From positions 1,216,001 to 1,280,000 of the forward strand of contig CAVUDP010000002.1 in assembly GCA_963740315.1 (NCBI GenBank): 64,000 bases of DNA, in the 5' to 3' direction. Source of the stretch: an uncultured cyanobacterium (GTDB lineage Bacteria > Cyanobacteriota > Cyanobacteriia > Cyanobacteriales > Nostocaceae). Numbering within the stretch: position 1 is the stretch's first letter; every line of letters begins with the position of its first letter. Under the pieces are notes generated by a model. That model was not told the DNA's origin. It saw only the letters and a list, made by a program, of their open reading frames with translations, and searched no databases. Positions 9,505 through 21,129 of this stretch are shown piece by piece. Made by a program: the position numbers and the translations under genes.

Positions 9505-11652
9505 TCAACTGTTAACTGTCACCTGACTGCTTTCAATCAATTGATAATTTTGGTTTTGGGAAAGTGCTTTACCGGCGCTAAGTGCATAATCGATCGCTAA
9601 AAGTCGCAACCATAATGCGGGGAAGCGAGGTTCTAGGTTTGGCTGCATTGAACGGATAAATCGCCCAAACCATTTACCAAATACAGCACTAACTAAGCTG
9701 TGGCGGGTAAAGTCGATATAATTACCAACCCATCTGAGTAAATCTTTTGCTCCCGCTAGTTGCCAAATCCACACCAGCAATGCGGGATTTTTTTTAGCTG
9801 CTTTGAATGCAAGTCGGTTAAAGGTTGATAAATCGAATCTATCTTTAATAAAGGTATCTGCAACTTCCAAGGGTTCATCTGCTAATAGCCCAAAGAAGTT
9901 ATTCAGCATGGCGTTGATGCGTTCTGGTTGTATAAATTTACCCGTGGGAACCATCATACCTTTGGAAAACATCCAAGTTACCGCAATGTTGTTTTGGAAA
10001 GCGCGAATTTGATTTAAATTTTTTGCGTCAAGTAAGTCATGTTTAAGCGCAGTATCTAAAAGTTCCGTTAATCTGCCGAGGTTGCGTACTAAGGAACCAA
10101 AGCCGGTAAATACAAGCGGAGACTGAAGCGATGCCGCATCGCCAATAGATATTAAACGATTAAAAGCAACAGTGCGATCGCGACTTCCGACGCTGAAATG
10201 TCCGGGTATATATCCGAACGTGGGCTTTTTCCACTTTAGTTTGTCCATATCGCAGCGTCGATATTCTGGCAAAATGGTGAAAAAGTCTTCGTACATCTCC
10301 ATTAAGGAGCCGGGATTTTCGGCGTTTACCTGGTGATAGTGAAATAGGTAAATCGTAAGTTCTTCGTTTTCTCCAGGAAACAATTCCCAAATCAACTGTC
10401 TTCCCCGCGAAATATCCCCATGACTGTTAAGAACATCGCCGTATTCACTGTCCCAAACTCCAGGTTCAAATCCACTTTCGACAACTGCCCCTACTGTCGG
10501 ACATACGCTGTCAAAAGCGCGTTTTGGGTTGAGTTGCCATGCGATCGGTGATGCCGTTCCCATTGCATCTACTAACAACCTTCCACTAACAAGATGTTGC
10601 TTTTGCTCGGATAAATCCTTGAGCGTCAGCACAACTTGAGATGTATTAATATCTGCCTTGATAAACTCCGTTTCATCCCAAATTTCACCGCCTGCCGATC
10701 GCAATTTTTCGCCGCACAGCTTCAGTAATTTATCGGAATTCAAAGCTATATTTAGAACCGTTGGCGTGTGTAGAATCGGCGCTTTGAGTTTATCGGGAAC
10801 ATAAGCACTAAAAAATTTATTAAATCCGTCTTTATACTCTCGCGCAATAATTGATTCCACTTCAACAGAAGTTAGCAAACCCAAATTTACCAAACTTTGA
10901 ATTTCCGAGCGGGAAATATTCCATTCCCGATTCATCTTTCCAAAAGGTAAGCGTTCCACCAACAGTACTTTATACCCCAGTTTAGCCATAACAGCCGCAT
11001 GGATAACCCCCAGCGCTCCGCCAATATAAATTAGGTCGAAAGTCGGGTTTTTTTGAGCGGAGGAAGCAGAGGAGGCGGAGGATGCGGAGGAAGCAGAGGA
11101 AGAAATTACTTCCCTTGCTTGCTCTGCTCCCCCAATTTCTTTATGGGAAAACAAAACCTGTCGCGGCTGCTGGGGATTTCTTACACCTTCACGCCAACGT
11201 TGTTCCCACCAGTAAGCACGGTTTAAATCGTATTCTCCGTTAGGCATTTTCTGAAAATACTTAACGGTAAGCGGATAAAAAGGAGCTAACGCTTCAAAAA
11301 TTGATTGTTTGGACAAATCAATCGCGGGTGGAGAAGGATAATGATGGGGAAAGCGATCGCGTAGTAGCTTAGTTAGCTTTCGTAAAATTTGTATCTCTTG
11401 TGGAAATTTATCGCCCCATCGAAACACCTTTAAATAGGTGGTTCGCTGCACATTCCACACAAATACGGATAACTCGTTTGGTAACTTTTCCGTAATACCT
11501 GTAGCAGCATCTGTAGGATCGGATGACTTCAAGCGAATGCCATCGGACGTTAATATTTTGTCGCAAGTTCCCGGCTCAAATTCTGTTTGCAACCAGTTTC
11601 TTACTACTGCTGTATCTGGATTTGGGATTTCTAAATAAAGAATTTCTTTCAT
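9505..11652 (-). CDS. cruA: FAD-dependent oxidoreductase, CruA-type lycopene cyclase
   Basis: DLIYIGGALG Rossmann motif; REWNISR; GDAASLQSPLVFTGFGS; the long form with an N-terminal extension fits CruA better than CruP. Confidence 0.65.
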   Translation of the reverse strand: MKEILYLEIPNPDTAVVRNWLQTEFEPGTCDKILTSDGIRLKSSDPTDAATGITEKLPNELSVFVWNVQRTTYLKVFRWGDKFPQEIQILRKLTKLLRDRFPHHYPSPPAIDLSKQSIFEALAPFYPLTVKYFQKMPNGEYDLNRAYWWEQRWREGVRNPQQPRQVLFSHKEIGGAEQAREVISSSASSASSASSASSAQKNPTFDLIYIGGALGVIHAAVMAKLGYKVLLVERLPFGKMNREWNISRSEIQSLVNLGLLTSVEVESIIAREYKDGFNKFFSAYVPDKLKAPILHTPTVLNIALNSDKLLKLCGEKLRSAGGEIWDETEFIKADINTSQVVLTLKDLSEQKQHLVSGRLLVDAMGTASPIAWQLNPKRAFDSVCPTVGAVVESGFEPGVWDSEYGDVLNSHGDISRGRQLIWELFPGENEELTIYLFHYHQVNAENPGSLMEMYEDFFTILPEYRRCDMDKLKWKKPTFGYIPGHFSVGSRDRTVAFNRLISIGDAASLQSPLVFTGFGSLVRNLGRLTELLDTALKHDLLDAKNLNQIRAFQNNIAVTWMFSKGMMVPTGKFIQPERINAMLNNFFGLLADEPLEVADTFIKDRFDLSTFNRLAFKAAKKNPALLVWIWQLAGAKDLLRWVGNYIDFTRHSLVSAVFGKWFGRFIRSMQPNLEPRFPALWLRLLAIDYALSAGKALSQNQNYQLIESSQVTVNS

Positions 11653-11812
11653 TTTTAATGGCTATCTCCCCAAAATCTACTCATTAAGACAGATTTAAGA
11701 AAGTTGTAAATTACGGTACACTCCGCCCTATCAGTTGAATAAATATTCTGTAAAGAAAGTTTAAGAGTTCGCAAGTTTTTTTTGTTCCTTTAATTATTCA
11801 CACACATACGCC

Positions 11813-12046
11813 ATGAATTATCCCATCCCAGATAACCCCCAAGAAATCTTTGCGATGAGTCAACAGCCGGTTGATGAAGAACTGGTTGCTGTGGCAATAG
11901 CAGGAGTAATAAAATTAGTCAGTTCTCAAGGGAGATCGTTAGAAGAATTGACGGATCTAGTTTTAGCAGAAGATGCTTTACTTGATAAACAGCAACGTCG
12001 CTGGCTTAGCCAAGTCGTAGCACAAGCTTGGGAAAGTTTCGCTTAA
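11813..12046 (+). CDS. Small hypothetical protein, probably conserved in cyanobacteria
   Basis: 77-aa ORF with ATG, divergent from cruA. Confidence 0.7.
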   Translation: MNYPIPDNPQEIFAMSQQPVDEELVAVAIAGVIKLVSSQGRSLEELTDLVLAEDALLDKQQRRWLSQVVAQAWESFA

Positions 12047-12381
12047 ATCCTCATCCGGGATATAAATCTGAAATAATACTCCAACCGAGGATTATCTTTT
12101 AAGCCCGCTTCGCCAATCATAAAATAGGTGTGAGAGTGTTTTTAATATTTTTTTTCATGAGATTGGCAACGTGGGCTGAAACAATTTTTAACAAACAAAT
12201 TAATAATGTTGGGAATTGGGAATGGGGAATTGGGGATTGGGCATTGGGCATTGGGGATTGTAAATAGTGAGGAGTTAGGAATTAGGAGTACTTCGACAAG
12301 TCTTACAGTGAGCTACGTCGAACTGCTCAGTAACCTTATTGAGTTAGAAGTTAGCAGTTAGCAGTTTAAATTTTTCCTTGT

Positions 12382-12543
12382 CCCCATCTCCCCATCTCCC
12401 CATCTCCCCATCTCCCCATCTCCCCATCTCCCCATCTCCCCATCTCCCCATCTCCCCATCTCCCCATCTCCCCATCTCCCCATCTCCCCATCTCCCCATC
12501 TCCCCATCTCCCCATCTCCCCATCCCCCCATCTCCCCATCTCT
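12382..12543. repeat. STRR tandem repeat (CCCCATCT) x about 20
   Basis: Near-perfect 8-mer array directly after the cimA stop. Confidence 0.95.
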
Positions 12544-14153
12544 TAAAAAACCAGAGCCGAATCAACTTGGGAGTGCAAAAGTAAACCGTATTCCAATCCT
12601 TCTACTACTGCCTGATAAGAAGCTTCTAATATATTGTTAGAAACTCCTATGGTTGTCCAGCGCTGTTGTCCGTTTCCTAGTTCTACTATTGCGCGAGTGG
12701 TGGCTGAGGTGCCGCTATGTCCGTTGAGAATCCGGACTTTGTAATCTGTTAGTTCAAATGTATTGATTTGGGGATAGAATTTTACCAAAGCTTTGCGTAA
12801 AGCTGCATCTAAGGCTGCAACAGGTCCGTTTCCTTCGGCTGCTTCCCAAATATCTTCATTGTTGACGGCTACTTTAACTGTTGCCAGAGCTTTGGTTGTT
12901 TCTAAGCCCTTTCCTAAATCGCAGTGAATTTGAAAGCCTTTGACTTGGAACCAGGAGGGACGAGTTTTTAAGGCTTCGCGCATTAATAATTCAAAACTAG
13001 CTTCGGCTGCTTCAAATTGATATCCTTCACTTTCTAATTCTTTGAGGCGCTGTAATATTTCTCGCGTTGCTGGATGATTTTTATCAAGTTCAATGCCGAA
13101 TCCACGGGCTTTAGCTAAAACATTGCTGACTCCGGCTTGTTCTGAAATTACTATGCGGCGAAAATTCCCGACTTTTTCCGGTTCTATATGTTCGTAGGTA
13201 AGGGGATTTTTTTGCACTGCCGATACGTGAATACCTCCTTTGTGGGCAAAAGCCGAACGTCCGACAAAGGGTGCGTGTTCGTCAGGGGCGAGGTTAACTA
13301 CTTCACTGACAAAGCGACTGGCTTGTGCGAGGTTCGATAGCTGGTTATTCTCAATACATTTGTAACCCAGCTTTAACTGTAAGTTCGGTATTAAAGAACA
13401 AAGATTGGCATTACCGCAGCGTTCGCCATAGCCATTGATTGTACCCTGCACCATTTTAACTCCAGCCATGACCCCAGATAAAGCGTTTGCAACTGCCGTA
13501 TCCGAATCGTTATGAGTATGAATTCCCAGTTGAATATTTTGCGGGCAACTTTTGATTACATCGGTAACGATTTGGGAAACTTCGTGAGGTAAAGTGCCGC
13601 CATTTGTATCGCATAAAACCAACCATTCGGCACCAGCTGCGATCGCAGTTTTTATAGTTTGTAAAGCATAGTCGGGGTTGTGCTTGTAGCCATCAAACCA
13701 GTGTTCCGCATCGTATATAACGCGACGACCTTGAGTGCGAAGATACTCGATTGTATCGCGAATCATTTCTAAGTTTTCTGCTAAACTAGTTTTCAGACCT
13801 TCAGAAACGTGTAAATCCCAGGACTTACCGAAAATAGTTACCCATAAAGTTCCCGCTGCAAGAATAGCTTGCAACATTGGCTCGGAACTTGCCTTTTTAT
13901 TAGGTCTGCGAGTCGAACAAAAAGGAACAATTTGTGCTTGTTTGAGTGGTTGTTCTTTCAACTGCCAAAAAAGCTGTACGTCTTTAGGGTTAGCACCGGG
14001 CCAACCACCTTCGATAAAAGGAATTCCTAATTCATCTAATCTCCTAGCGATACGTAATTTATCTTCCAGCGAAACAGATAAGCCTTCACGCTGAGTACCA
14101 TCTCGTAGCGTGGTGTCATACATCCAAAGTTGGTGTGAGGAATTTGCGGTCAT
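12543..14153 (-). CDS. cimA: Citramalate synthase (LeuA/CimA family); probable start ATG 14153
   Basis: DTTLRDGTQREG, IYDAEHWFDG, HTHND, GYGERCGNANL and AHKGGIH motifs; the upstream extension in the ORF track is not family-like. Confidence 0.9.
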   Translation of the reverse strand: MTANSSHQLWMYDTTLRDGTQREGLSVSLEDKLRIARRLDELGIPFIEGGWPGANPKDVQLFWQLKEQPLKQAQIVPFCSTRRPNKKASSEPMLQAILAAGTLWVTIFGKSWDLHVSEGLKTSLAENLEMIRDTIEYLRTQGRRVIYDAEHWFDGYKHNPDYALQTIKTAIAAGAEWLVLCDTNGGTLPHEVSQIVTDVIKSCPQNIQLGIHTHNDSDTAVANALSGVMAGVKMVQGTINGYGERCGNANLCSLIPNLQLKLGYKCIENNQLSNLAQASRFVSEVVNLAPDEHAPFVGRSAFAHKGGIHVSAVQKNPLTYEHIEPEKVGNFRRIVISEQAGVSNVLAKARGFGIELDKNHPATREILQRLKELESEGYQFEAAEASFELLMREALKTRPSWFQVKGFQIHCDLGKGLETTKALATVKVAVNNEDIWEAAEGNGPVAALDAALRKALVKFYPQINTFELTDYKVRILNGHSGTSATTRAIVELGNGQQRWTTIGVSNNILEASYQAVVEGLEYGLLLHSQVDSALVF

Positions 14154-14559
14154 AATTGTAGAGAGTAGAGCAACAATTAAGATTTGTGTCAATATAAAAT
14201 AAGAAAAAGCTAGTTTGGTAGCGTCAGATGCCTGTTTTTTTAGCTCAACCTTAGACAATGATTTTATATGCAATCCCGGTGTTATGGTTTGCAGGCTGAA
14301 GCTTAAATTCTTGTTTGCAGCAGAATGGCATTGACCTTTATAACGACAGTGAATACAGTAATTAAAATTAGCTGTTAGTAATTTTGGTAAGTCTACCGGC
14401 AAAACCTCTGTATGGTTTGGTTCCAATGTTGCTCCGCCCGATTTTCCCAAAGTTAAAATTTTGACAAAAATTAAACGCTTTGGTTTTGGGTAAGGAAAAT
14501 CTGGAATATCAACAAAGAAAAAATACTATTATTTACGCTTGAAAAGGAGTATTACACAA

Positions 14560-14925
14560 ATGGGTAGATGGACACCGTTAATTTTGATGGCGGGTGGCTT
14601 GGCAATTTTGCTAGGTACACTATTAGGCATTAACTTCCCTATGGACGGACGCAACGCTCAAGCTCCCACCGGAGGAAGAAGAGAATCCCAAGTGCTTCCA
14701 GCTAATATTAATGTTAATAGTACTGAAACTGGATCTTCTGGAGAAAATACAAATCAGGAAAGCGTTGCTCAGAATAACAATGATATCAACAGCAGAACTA
14801 TTCGCAGCGTGCCATCAACAACTGCTCAAGGCAACACATCAGGTGATTCTAATAGACCATCAACTAGTGTAGGTCAAAGAAGCAATCAATCTGACAATAA
14901 CGCACCAATTCGCGCTTTATGGTAA
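14560..14925 (+). CDS. Hypothetical single-TM protein with low-complexity tail
   Basis: AGGAG about 10 nt before ATG 14560; TM helix; ends PIRALW. Confidence 0.7.
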   Translation: MGRWTPLILMAGGLAILLGTLLGINFPMDGRNAQAPTGGRRESQVLPANINVNSTETGSSGENTNQESVAQNNNDINSRTIRSVPSTTAQGNTSGDSNRPSTSVGQRSNQSDNNAPIRALW

Positions 14926-15048
14926 AAAATGTTAGTTATTAACAGTCGCTTATAACCTATAAGTTACTTTTTTAAGAGCGATCGGGTGTAAGTTATTAGT
15001 TATTTGTTACTAGTTAATAATAACTAACGACTAATGACCGGCTAAATA

Positions 15049-17085
15049 ATGACTAGTGACGTTTTAATTATTGGTGGCGGTGTTATCGGCTTAGCAACTG
15101 CTATTGAGCTAAAACTACGCGGTGCAAAAGTCACCGCGATCGCCCGAAATCAAAAAGCAGCAGCAACAACAGCCGCAGCAGGAATGTTAGCCCCTTCTGC
15201 CGAACAAATCGCCGATACAGCTATGCTGCAATTGTGCAATCGTTCGCTATCTCTATATCCAGATTGGACGAGAAAATTAGAAGAAATTACAGGTTTAGAT
15301 ACTGGTTATTGGGCTTGCGGTATTTTAGCCCCAGTTTATCAAGGACAAGGGGACAAGGAGACAAGGGGACAAGGAGATAATGTAGGAAATTCTTCCCCCT
15401 CTTCCCCCTCTTCCCCCTCTTCCCCCTCTTCCCCCTCTTCCCCCTCTATTAGATACTGGTTAGATAAACAAACAATCCATCAATACCAACCGGGGTTAAG
15501 TGAAGAAGTAATCGGCGGTTGGTGGTATCCTGAAGATGGTCAAGTAGATAACAGGGCTTTATTTCAAACGCTTTTAAGTGCGGCTGAAAATCTTGGTGTT
15601 GAAATCCAACAAGGTATTACCGTAAAAGGAATTATTCAGCAGCAAGGACAGGTTACTGGCGTACAAACCAATGCTGGCACGTTTCGCGCTTCTGTATACG
15701 TGCTAGCAGCGGGCGCTTGGTGTAATGCATTATTTCCTTTACCCGTGCGTCCTCTCAAAGGGCAAATGTTGAGCGTAAAAGTACCTTTGTCTGCTCATGA
15801 ATTACCTTTAAATAGGGTTTTGTATGGAGATGACATCTACATCGTACCCAGACGCGATCGCAGAATTCTAATTGGGGCAACTGCCGAAGATGTCGGTTTT
15901 ACTCCGGGAAATACGCCAGGAGAAATACAAAAATTACTGAGCGCAGCTATGCGGCTATATCCTCAATTAGAAAATTATCCCATCGATGAATTTTGGTGGG
16001 GATTTCGTCCTGCTACTCCCGATGAATTACCTATTCTCGGTCATAGCTCGTGCAAAAACTTAATATTTGCTACTGGTCATCATCGTAATGGTATTCTGCT
16101 AACACCGATAACAGCAAAGTTAATCGCCGATTTGGTTCTTGAAGAAAAAGCCGATTCGTTGCTAGATCGCTTTCATTATTCACGCTTCTACAATTCTTCG
16201 TGCAAATCTACCATGCTGACTTATGATGCAAGTTTCTCTGGTAATATCTCTTCACAAAACGGGATAACCGCATTACCTATTGAAAATTCAATTCAAGATT
16301 CCAAACTAATTATTGCTGGTAAAGAATTTACATCGCGCTTGATGACAGGTACGGGTAAATATCGAAATATTACCGAAATGCAGCAAAGCGTCGCCGCGAG
16401 TGAATGTCAAATAGTTACAGTTGCGGTACGCAGAGTTCAAACCAACGCCCCAGGACATGAAGGTTTAGCCGAAGCATTAGACTGGAGCAAAATTTGGATG
16501 TTGCCCAACACAGCTGGATGTAAAACCGCAGAAGAAGCAATTCGCGTTGCCCGTTTGGGAAGAGAAATGGCGAAAATTCTCGGACAAGAAGATAATAATT
16601 TCATCAAATTAGAAGTTATTCCCGACGCAAAATATCTACTTCCAGACCCCATCGGCACCCTGCAAGCCGCCGAGCAACTAGTAAAAGAAGGCTTTGCCGT
16701 ACTCCCCTACATCAACGCCGATCCGATGCTAGCGAAACGCTTAGAAGAAGTCGGTTGTGCCACAGTCATGCCCTTAGCATCCCCAATTGGTTCCGGACAA
16801 GGACTGCAAACCACCGCCAACATCAAAATTATCATTGAAAACGCCAACATCCCAGTTGTAGTAGATGCCGGTATCGGTGCCCCATCCGAAGCAGCCCAAG
16901 CAATGGAAATGGGCGCAGACGCTTTGTTGATAAATAGTGCGATCGCGCTCGCCAAAAATCCACCCGCAATGGCACGCGCCATGAGCATGGCAGCAGTCGC
17001 CGGACGTTTGGCATATCTAGCCGGTAGAATGCCCCTCAAAGATTACGCAAGTGCTTCCTCTCCCTTAACGGGGACTGTGAATTGA
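15049..17085 (+). CDS. thiO/thiG: Glycine oxidase ThiO - thiazole synthase ThiG fusion
   Basis: GGGVIG FAD motif and GHHRNGILL in the N-part; [17 protein letters not shown] and PIGSGQG in the C-part. Confidence 0.95.
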   Translation: MTSDVLIIGGGVIGLATAIELKLRGAKVTAIARNQKAAATTAAAGMLAPSAEQIADTAMLQLCNRSLSLYPDWTRKLEEITGLDTGYWACGILAPVYQGQGDKETRGQGDNVGNSSPSSPSSPSSPSSPSSPSIRYWLDKQTIHQYQPGLSEEVIGGWWYPEDGQVDNRALFQTLLSAAENLGVEIQQGITVKGIIQQQGQVTGVQTNAGTFRASVYVLAAGAWCNALFPLPVRPLKGQMLSVKVPLSAHELPLNRVLYGDDIYIVPRRDRRILIGATAEDVGFTPGNTPGEIQKLLSAAMRLYPQLENYPIDEFWWGFRPATPDELPILGHSSCKNLIFATGHHRNGILLTPITAKLIADLVLEEKADSLLDRFHYSRFYNSSCKSTMLTYDASFSGNISSQNGITALPIENSIQDSKLIIAGKEFTSRLMTGTGKYRNITEMQQSVAASECQIVTVAVRRVQTNAPGHEGLAEALDWSKIWMLPNTAGCKTAEEAIRVARLGREMAKILGQEDNNFIKLEVIPDAKYLLPDPIGTLQAAEQLVKEGFAVLPYINADPMLAKRLEEVGCATVMPLASPIGSGQGLQTTANIKIIIENANIPVVVDAGIGAPSEAAQAMEMGADALLINSAIALAKNPPAMARAMSMAAVAGRLAYLAGRMPLKDYASASSPLTGTVN

Positions 17086-17089
17086 AAAA

Positions 17090-17420
17090 ATGGGGATTGG
17101 GCATTGGGCATTGGGAGTTAGGAGTACTTCGACAAGTCTTACAGTGAGCTACGTCGAACTGCTCAGTAACCTTATTGAGTTAGGAGGGAAGGAAGCGGAG
17201 GAAGCGGAGGAAGCGGAGGAAGCGGAGGAAGCAATTTAAAATTAATTAATATCCCCTGCCTCAAGAGCCTCAAGAGCCTCCCCTGCTCTCATCTCCCCAT
17301 CTCCCCCTCTCCCCATCTCCCCCTCTTCCCCCTCTCCCCATCTCCCCCTCTCCCCATCTCCCCCTCTTCCCCCTCTCCCCATCTCCCCCTCTCCCCATCT
17401 CCCCCTCTCCCCATCCCCAG
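17090..17420. repeat. STRR/9-mer repeat cluster with an embedded 62-bp dispersed unit
   Basis: GGAAGCGGA repeats; CCCCATCT/CCCCCTCT block; CTTCGACAAG...CTCAGTAACC at about 17127-17172. Confidence 0.85.
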
Positions 17421-17473
17421 TGGATATACTTGTCATGTAAAATAATACGAAGACAAAACTAGGATTTTAAATT

Positions 17474-17653
17474 ATGCCCTATACCGAAGAAGAAGGCGGT
17501 CGTTTAAATAATTTCGCTCGCGAACCCAAGGTTTATCAGGCTGAACCTCCCGATCAAAAACAACAAGTAAGCTATCTTGTCTTAGGAATCGTTGCTGCTG
17601 TATTGATTGGCGGTTTATTTTTTGTTGCCTTCACAGTGTCTAACGCTGCTTGA
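17474..17653 (+). CDS. psb34: Psb34 (Ssl1498-family) photosystem II assembly factor, 59 aa; not in ORF track
   Basis: MPYTEEEGGRLNNFAREPKVYQAEPP followed by a C-terminal TM helix. Confidence 0.85.
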   Translation: MPYTEEEGGRLNNFAREPKVYQAEPPDQKQQVSYLVLGIVAAVLIGGLFFVAFTVSNAA

Positions 17654-17692
17654 GAAAAATTTCTAACAAAAATTTATCTGTTTTTGGTATAA

Positions 17693-17726
17693 CAGGTTCC
17701 ACTTTTTTTAGGAGCCTGATTTTTTA
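17693..17726 (+). terminator. Probable intrinsic terminator after psb34
   Basis: CAGGTTCC/GGAGCCTG stem followed by a T run. Confidence 0.6.
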
Positions 17727-17916
17727 TTTGTTAGAATGCCAAAGATTATTAAGTATAAAATAAAACTTGTTTTCTCAGTAAAAGCTTAAAGACCGGATTT
17801 TTCCTGAGCAATGCAATAATTACTTGAAAATCGTAGTCAAAGTCACAACTAAGGTTGCTACTTATATATACCCATTTTTGGGAAGGTAAACTGCATTTGG
17901 CTGATGATGAGCCGCT

Positions 17917-20142
17917 ATGAGCTTAAAGGATACTATATCGAATAATGACCCTTGGAACCGGCAAGTATATCACCGCTTGAAACTTGCTTTAGGTTTGGGC
18001 TTGCGAAGACAAATTTTCATAGCGGTATGTGACGATTTAAACTTGAGAAATCAGGTAGCGGCTCGTTTGCATTCAACTTTGGCATATCCGGTAGGGCAGG
18101 TTTTGTATCAGCCAATTGATACGCAATTTGAAGCTAGTACACCTGCTTATCCGCGATTAGTCACTTTACGGTTGAATCTAAACGATCCAAATCCCATAGC
18201 GCAGATAAATCAATGGTTAGTTAATTATCCGCCGCCGGTTGTAGGTGGTTCCCAAGATGTGCCGGGAAAGGCTTTACCAATTCCGTCATTTCAAGTGGTG
18301 GGTATGGAACAGTTAACTAGACAACCTGTTGCCATACAACGTTTATTTTTACATTATTTGCGTCTAACTGAACAGCAACTATCAAGTCAGGGAGATAGCA
18401 GATTTTTAGAATCAAGCTTGTTACTATGGGTTCCACGCCCGTGGTTACGTGCAATTCAACAGTCTGCGCCACAGTTTTGGCGGAGTCGAACGGGTGTATT
18501 TTTGTTTGCCGGAGAACCAACTCCAACAACTCCAACTAGAAGTGCGCCACGACGTTTTTCCGCTCACAGAATAGATTTAGACTCTGTGGAAGAAGCGATC
18601 GTAAACGAAGAATTGACAACACCTCCAGGAGATTTTGAGTTTGAGGAAGATTTAGTTCCACCACCGCAAACGCCTCGTAAATCTTTGCACCCCTCAGCGG
18701 AATCATTAAGTGCAAAGCAAGAAAATCCGCTATCGGAATTAGAAATATTTACTCCTGGAATGCAGCAGGAGGAAAATACCGAACTCAACCGCAGAAGTGA
18801 TTCGAGCAATATTGTTCCATCAGCATCAGATTTACCTCATATTAGTCAGGAATTAACCGAGCTAATATTGGCGACTATCGGTACTACGGTAGCTGGCGAT
18901 CGCGAGCAGAACTTGCAAGTACAGCAAATTTTGCAAGAAATTGAAGAATTACATTCGCAGCAAACGAATGATAAAGATATTGCAGCTGCTTATTATCGTT
19001 TAGGAAATATATATCGCGTCCGCATCGAACAAGGACAATCGACTTTAGAAAACTTAATGGTGGCAATTCTGGCATATCAGGAATCAATTTCTTATGATGA
19101 TTCTTCGCCTATAGTGCCAGATATATTAAATGATTTAGGTACGCTTTACTGGATGCTGTACCGCACGCCACCTAACTCTCAAGAAGGTCCGGCTTATATC
19201 GAGCAGGGTATTGAATTTTACGAGTTAGCGCTGAAGTTGATTTCACCAGAAACGCATTCCGAAACATACGCGAGAGTGCAAAACAACCTGGGAACCGCTT
19301 ATGGTGATTTAGCTCGTTTTAATAATCCCGATCGCAACTGGCAAAATGCAGTAACAGCATATACCGAGGCTCTACGTTTTCGTACTGCCGAAATGGAACC
19401 TTTAAAGTATGCAGCTTGCCAAAATAATTTAGGTACGGCTTACTGGCATCTAGCGCAATATAATCAGCCCGTAGCAAACTTAAAGCAAGCTGTAGTAGCT
19501 TACAACGAAGCCGTCGTTCATTATAATTCCGGGCAAGAACCGTTGAAATACGGCATGATTCAAAACAATATTGGTACGGCTCACTGGAATCTTGCCCAAT
19601 ACGAGCAGCCAGCAGAAAATTTGCAATTAGCCATTGATGCTTATACGGAAGCATTAATATATCGGACTCCAGCAAACGTTCCCACAGCTTGTGCCGCGAC
19701 ACAGAATAATCTCGGTACAGCTTATTGGCATTTAGCGAATCAACCCGATACAGAAAAACATGAGAAATTACAGTATTTAAAAATGTGTGTCGAGGCTTAT
19801 GATGAAGCCTTAGCTTTAGCTCATTCACTCAAAGGTGTAACATTAAGTTTCGATGTCTTTGCCACTCATAATAATTTGGGTTTAGCATACTATCAGCTAG
19901 CAACAGATAAATTTTTTACAGAAGATAAATCTATTCGTTCCCAGCATTTAGAAAAAGCATTAGAAAATCATTTACAAGCTTTGAGTGGAATAAATCAAGA
20001 ATCAGAAACCCATCAAAGCACAATTACCTACATAGTCAAAACAATTCGCGGCTTTCACGATGAATTAGGAATTCAAGGACAAAATGTAGCTTTATCTAAA
20101 ATTCCCGGACAATTGTTACCGGAGATTTTGCCGAAGCTTTAA
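17917..20142 (+). CDS. Tetratricopeptide repeat protein
   Basis: Repeated QNNLGTAY TPR units in the C-terminal half. Confidence 0.85.
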   Translation: MSLKDTISNNDPWNRQVYHRLKLALGLGLRRQIFIAVCDDLNLRNQVAARLHSTLAYPVGQVLYQPIDTQFEASTPAYPRLVTLRLNLNDPNPIAQINQWLVNYPPPVVGGSQDVPGKALPIPSFQVVGMEQLTRQPVAIQRLFLHYLRLTEQQLSSQGDSRFLESSLLLWVPRPWLRAIQQSAPQFWRSRTGVFLFAGEPTPTTPTRSAPRRFSAHRIDLDSVEEAIVNEELTTPPGDFEFEEDLVPPPQTPRKSLHPSAESLSAKQENPLSELEIFTPGMQQEENTELNRRSDSSNIVPSASDLPHISQELTELILATIGTTVAGDREQNLQVQQILQEIEELHSQQTNDKDIAAAYYRLGNIYRVRIEQGQSTLENLMVAILAYQESISYDDSSPIVPDILNDLGTLYWMLYRTPPNSQEGPAYIEQGIEFYELALKLISPETHSETYARVQNNLGTAYGDLARFNNPDRNWQNAVTAYTEALRFRTAEMEPLKYAACQNNLGTAYWHLAQYNQPVANLKQAVVAYNEAVVHYNSGQEPLKYGMIQNNIGTAHWNLAQYEQPAENLQLAIDAYTEALIYRTPANVPTACAATQNNLGTAYWHLANQPDTEKHEKLQYLKMCVEAYDEALALAHSLKGVTLSFDVFATHNNLGLAYYQLATDKFFTEDKSIRSQHLEKALENHLQALSGINQESETHQSTITYIVKTIRGFHDELGIQGQNVALSKIPGQLLPEILPKL

Positions 20143-20582
20143 CGATGAACACTGGTAGGTTGGGTTAGACGCACGAAAAAATTTGATTATGAAACAATTA
20201 ATTTAAATTGCGTCGTAACCCAACATCGGTATGAGGCTGCGCTCAATCACCCTCACTCTAAAAGAGTGGGGCTACCCAAACGAAGCCCACCTGCGTGGGC
20301 TAAATTCGGCGCATCTTTATAAAGAAATAGTTTAGTCGTAGGTTGGGTTAGACGCACGATAGATTTAGTTATTAATCGATTTATTTAAATTGCGTCGTAA
20401 CCCAACATCAATATTTAGAATTCATAGGAAATGATCCAACATAGATTTTTGAATGAAGCGCATTGTTTCGTTAGTCGTAGGTTGGGTTAGACGCAGGAAA
20501 AATGAACGTTCCTCAACCCAACCTACGAATTAACTCCTAAAAAAGCTGGTTTTACCAGGATGTCCCCTCGTATTTCTTCAAA

Positions 20583-21046
20583 TTAAGCGAATCCTGCCTC
20601 AAAACCAATACCTTCATAATTATATTGGGGTATATTATCGATTACAAAATCTCGTTCTTCTATAGAAGATGTAAAGAAATGACCACCTGCTTGGGTGTTG
20701 AAAAAGCGATAAATATCAGCACCAAGATTAGTTTCTGCACCATAGGCATAGAAACCAATACCCTCATAATTATATTGAGATAGGTTATCGATTACATAGT
20801 CACGTTCCTCTGTGGAAGTGGTAAAGAAATGACCGCCTGCTTGGGTATTAAAAAAACGATGTACACCCAGCAAATCGTCTCCTGCGGTACTAGAGGCATC
20901 CATACCAACGCCCTCGTAATTATATTGAGACAGATTATTAATTACATAGTCGCGCTCTTCTGTGGAAGTGGTAAAGAAATGACCGCCTGCTTGTGTATTA
21001 AAAAAACGATAAACAGGGGTAGTTAATGGATTGTTAACTTCTAGAT
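20583..21046 (-). pseudogene. Start-less fragment with three repeats (YRFFNTQAGGHFFT...ERD.VI), DUF5648-like
   Basis: Frame stays open upstream of ATG 20903 through one more full repeat, up to a TGA inside the REP element at about 21065. Confidence 0.65.
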
Positions 21047-21129
21047 TATGTTGGGTTTCGTTCCCTCAACCCAACCTACAAACTATCGAACTTCCTTAAT
21101 ATTCAAGATACTCGAACCGAGCATCGCTT

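Noticed and set aside
12344..12584. ORFs reading GRWGDGEM / SPHLPISP (also near 6.9, 9.0, 17.3, 25.5, 44.0, 55.2 and 60.1 kb)
   Set aside because: Translations of STRR tandem repeats
14154..14450. N-terminal extension of cimA
   Set aside because: Non-family sequence from a TTG start; homology begins just after ATG 14153
15049..17085. ThiO-ThiG fusion as a novelty
   Set aside because: Already known in cyanobacteria
19319..19828. Antisense ORFs inside long genes (this one and similar entries)
   Set aside because: Shadow frames of well-supported CDSs with no recognisable motifs
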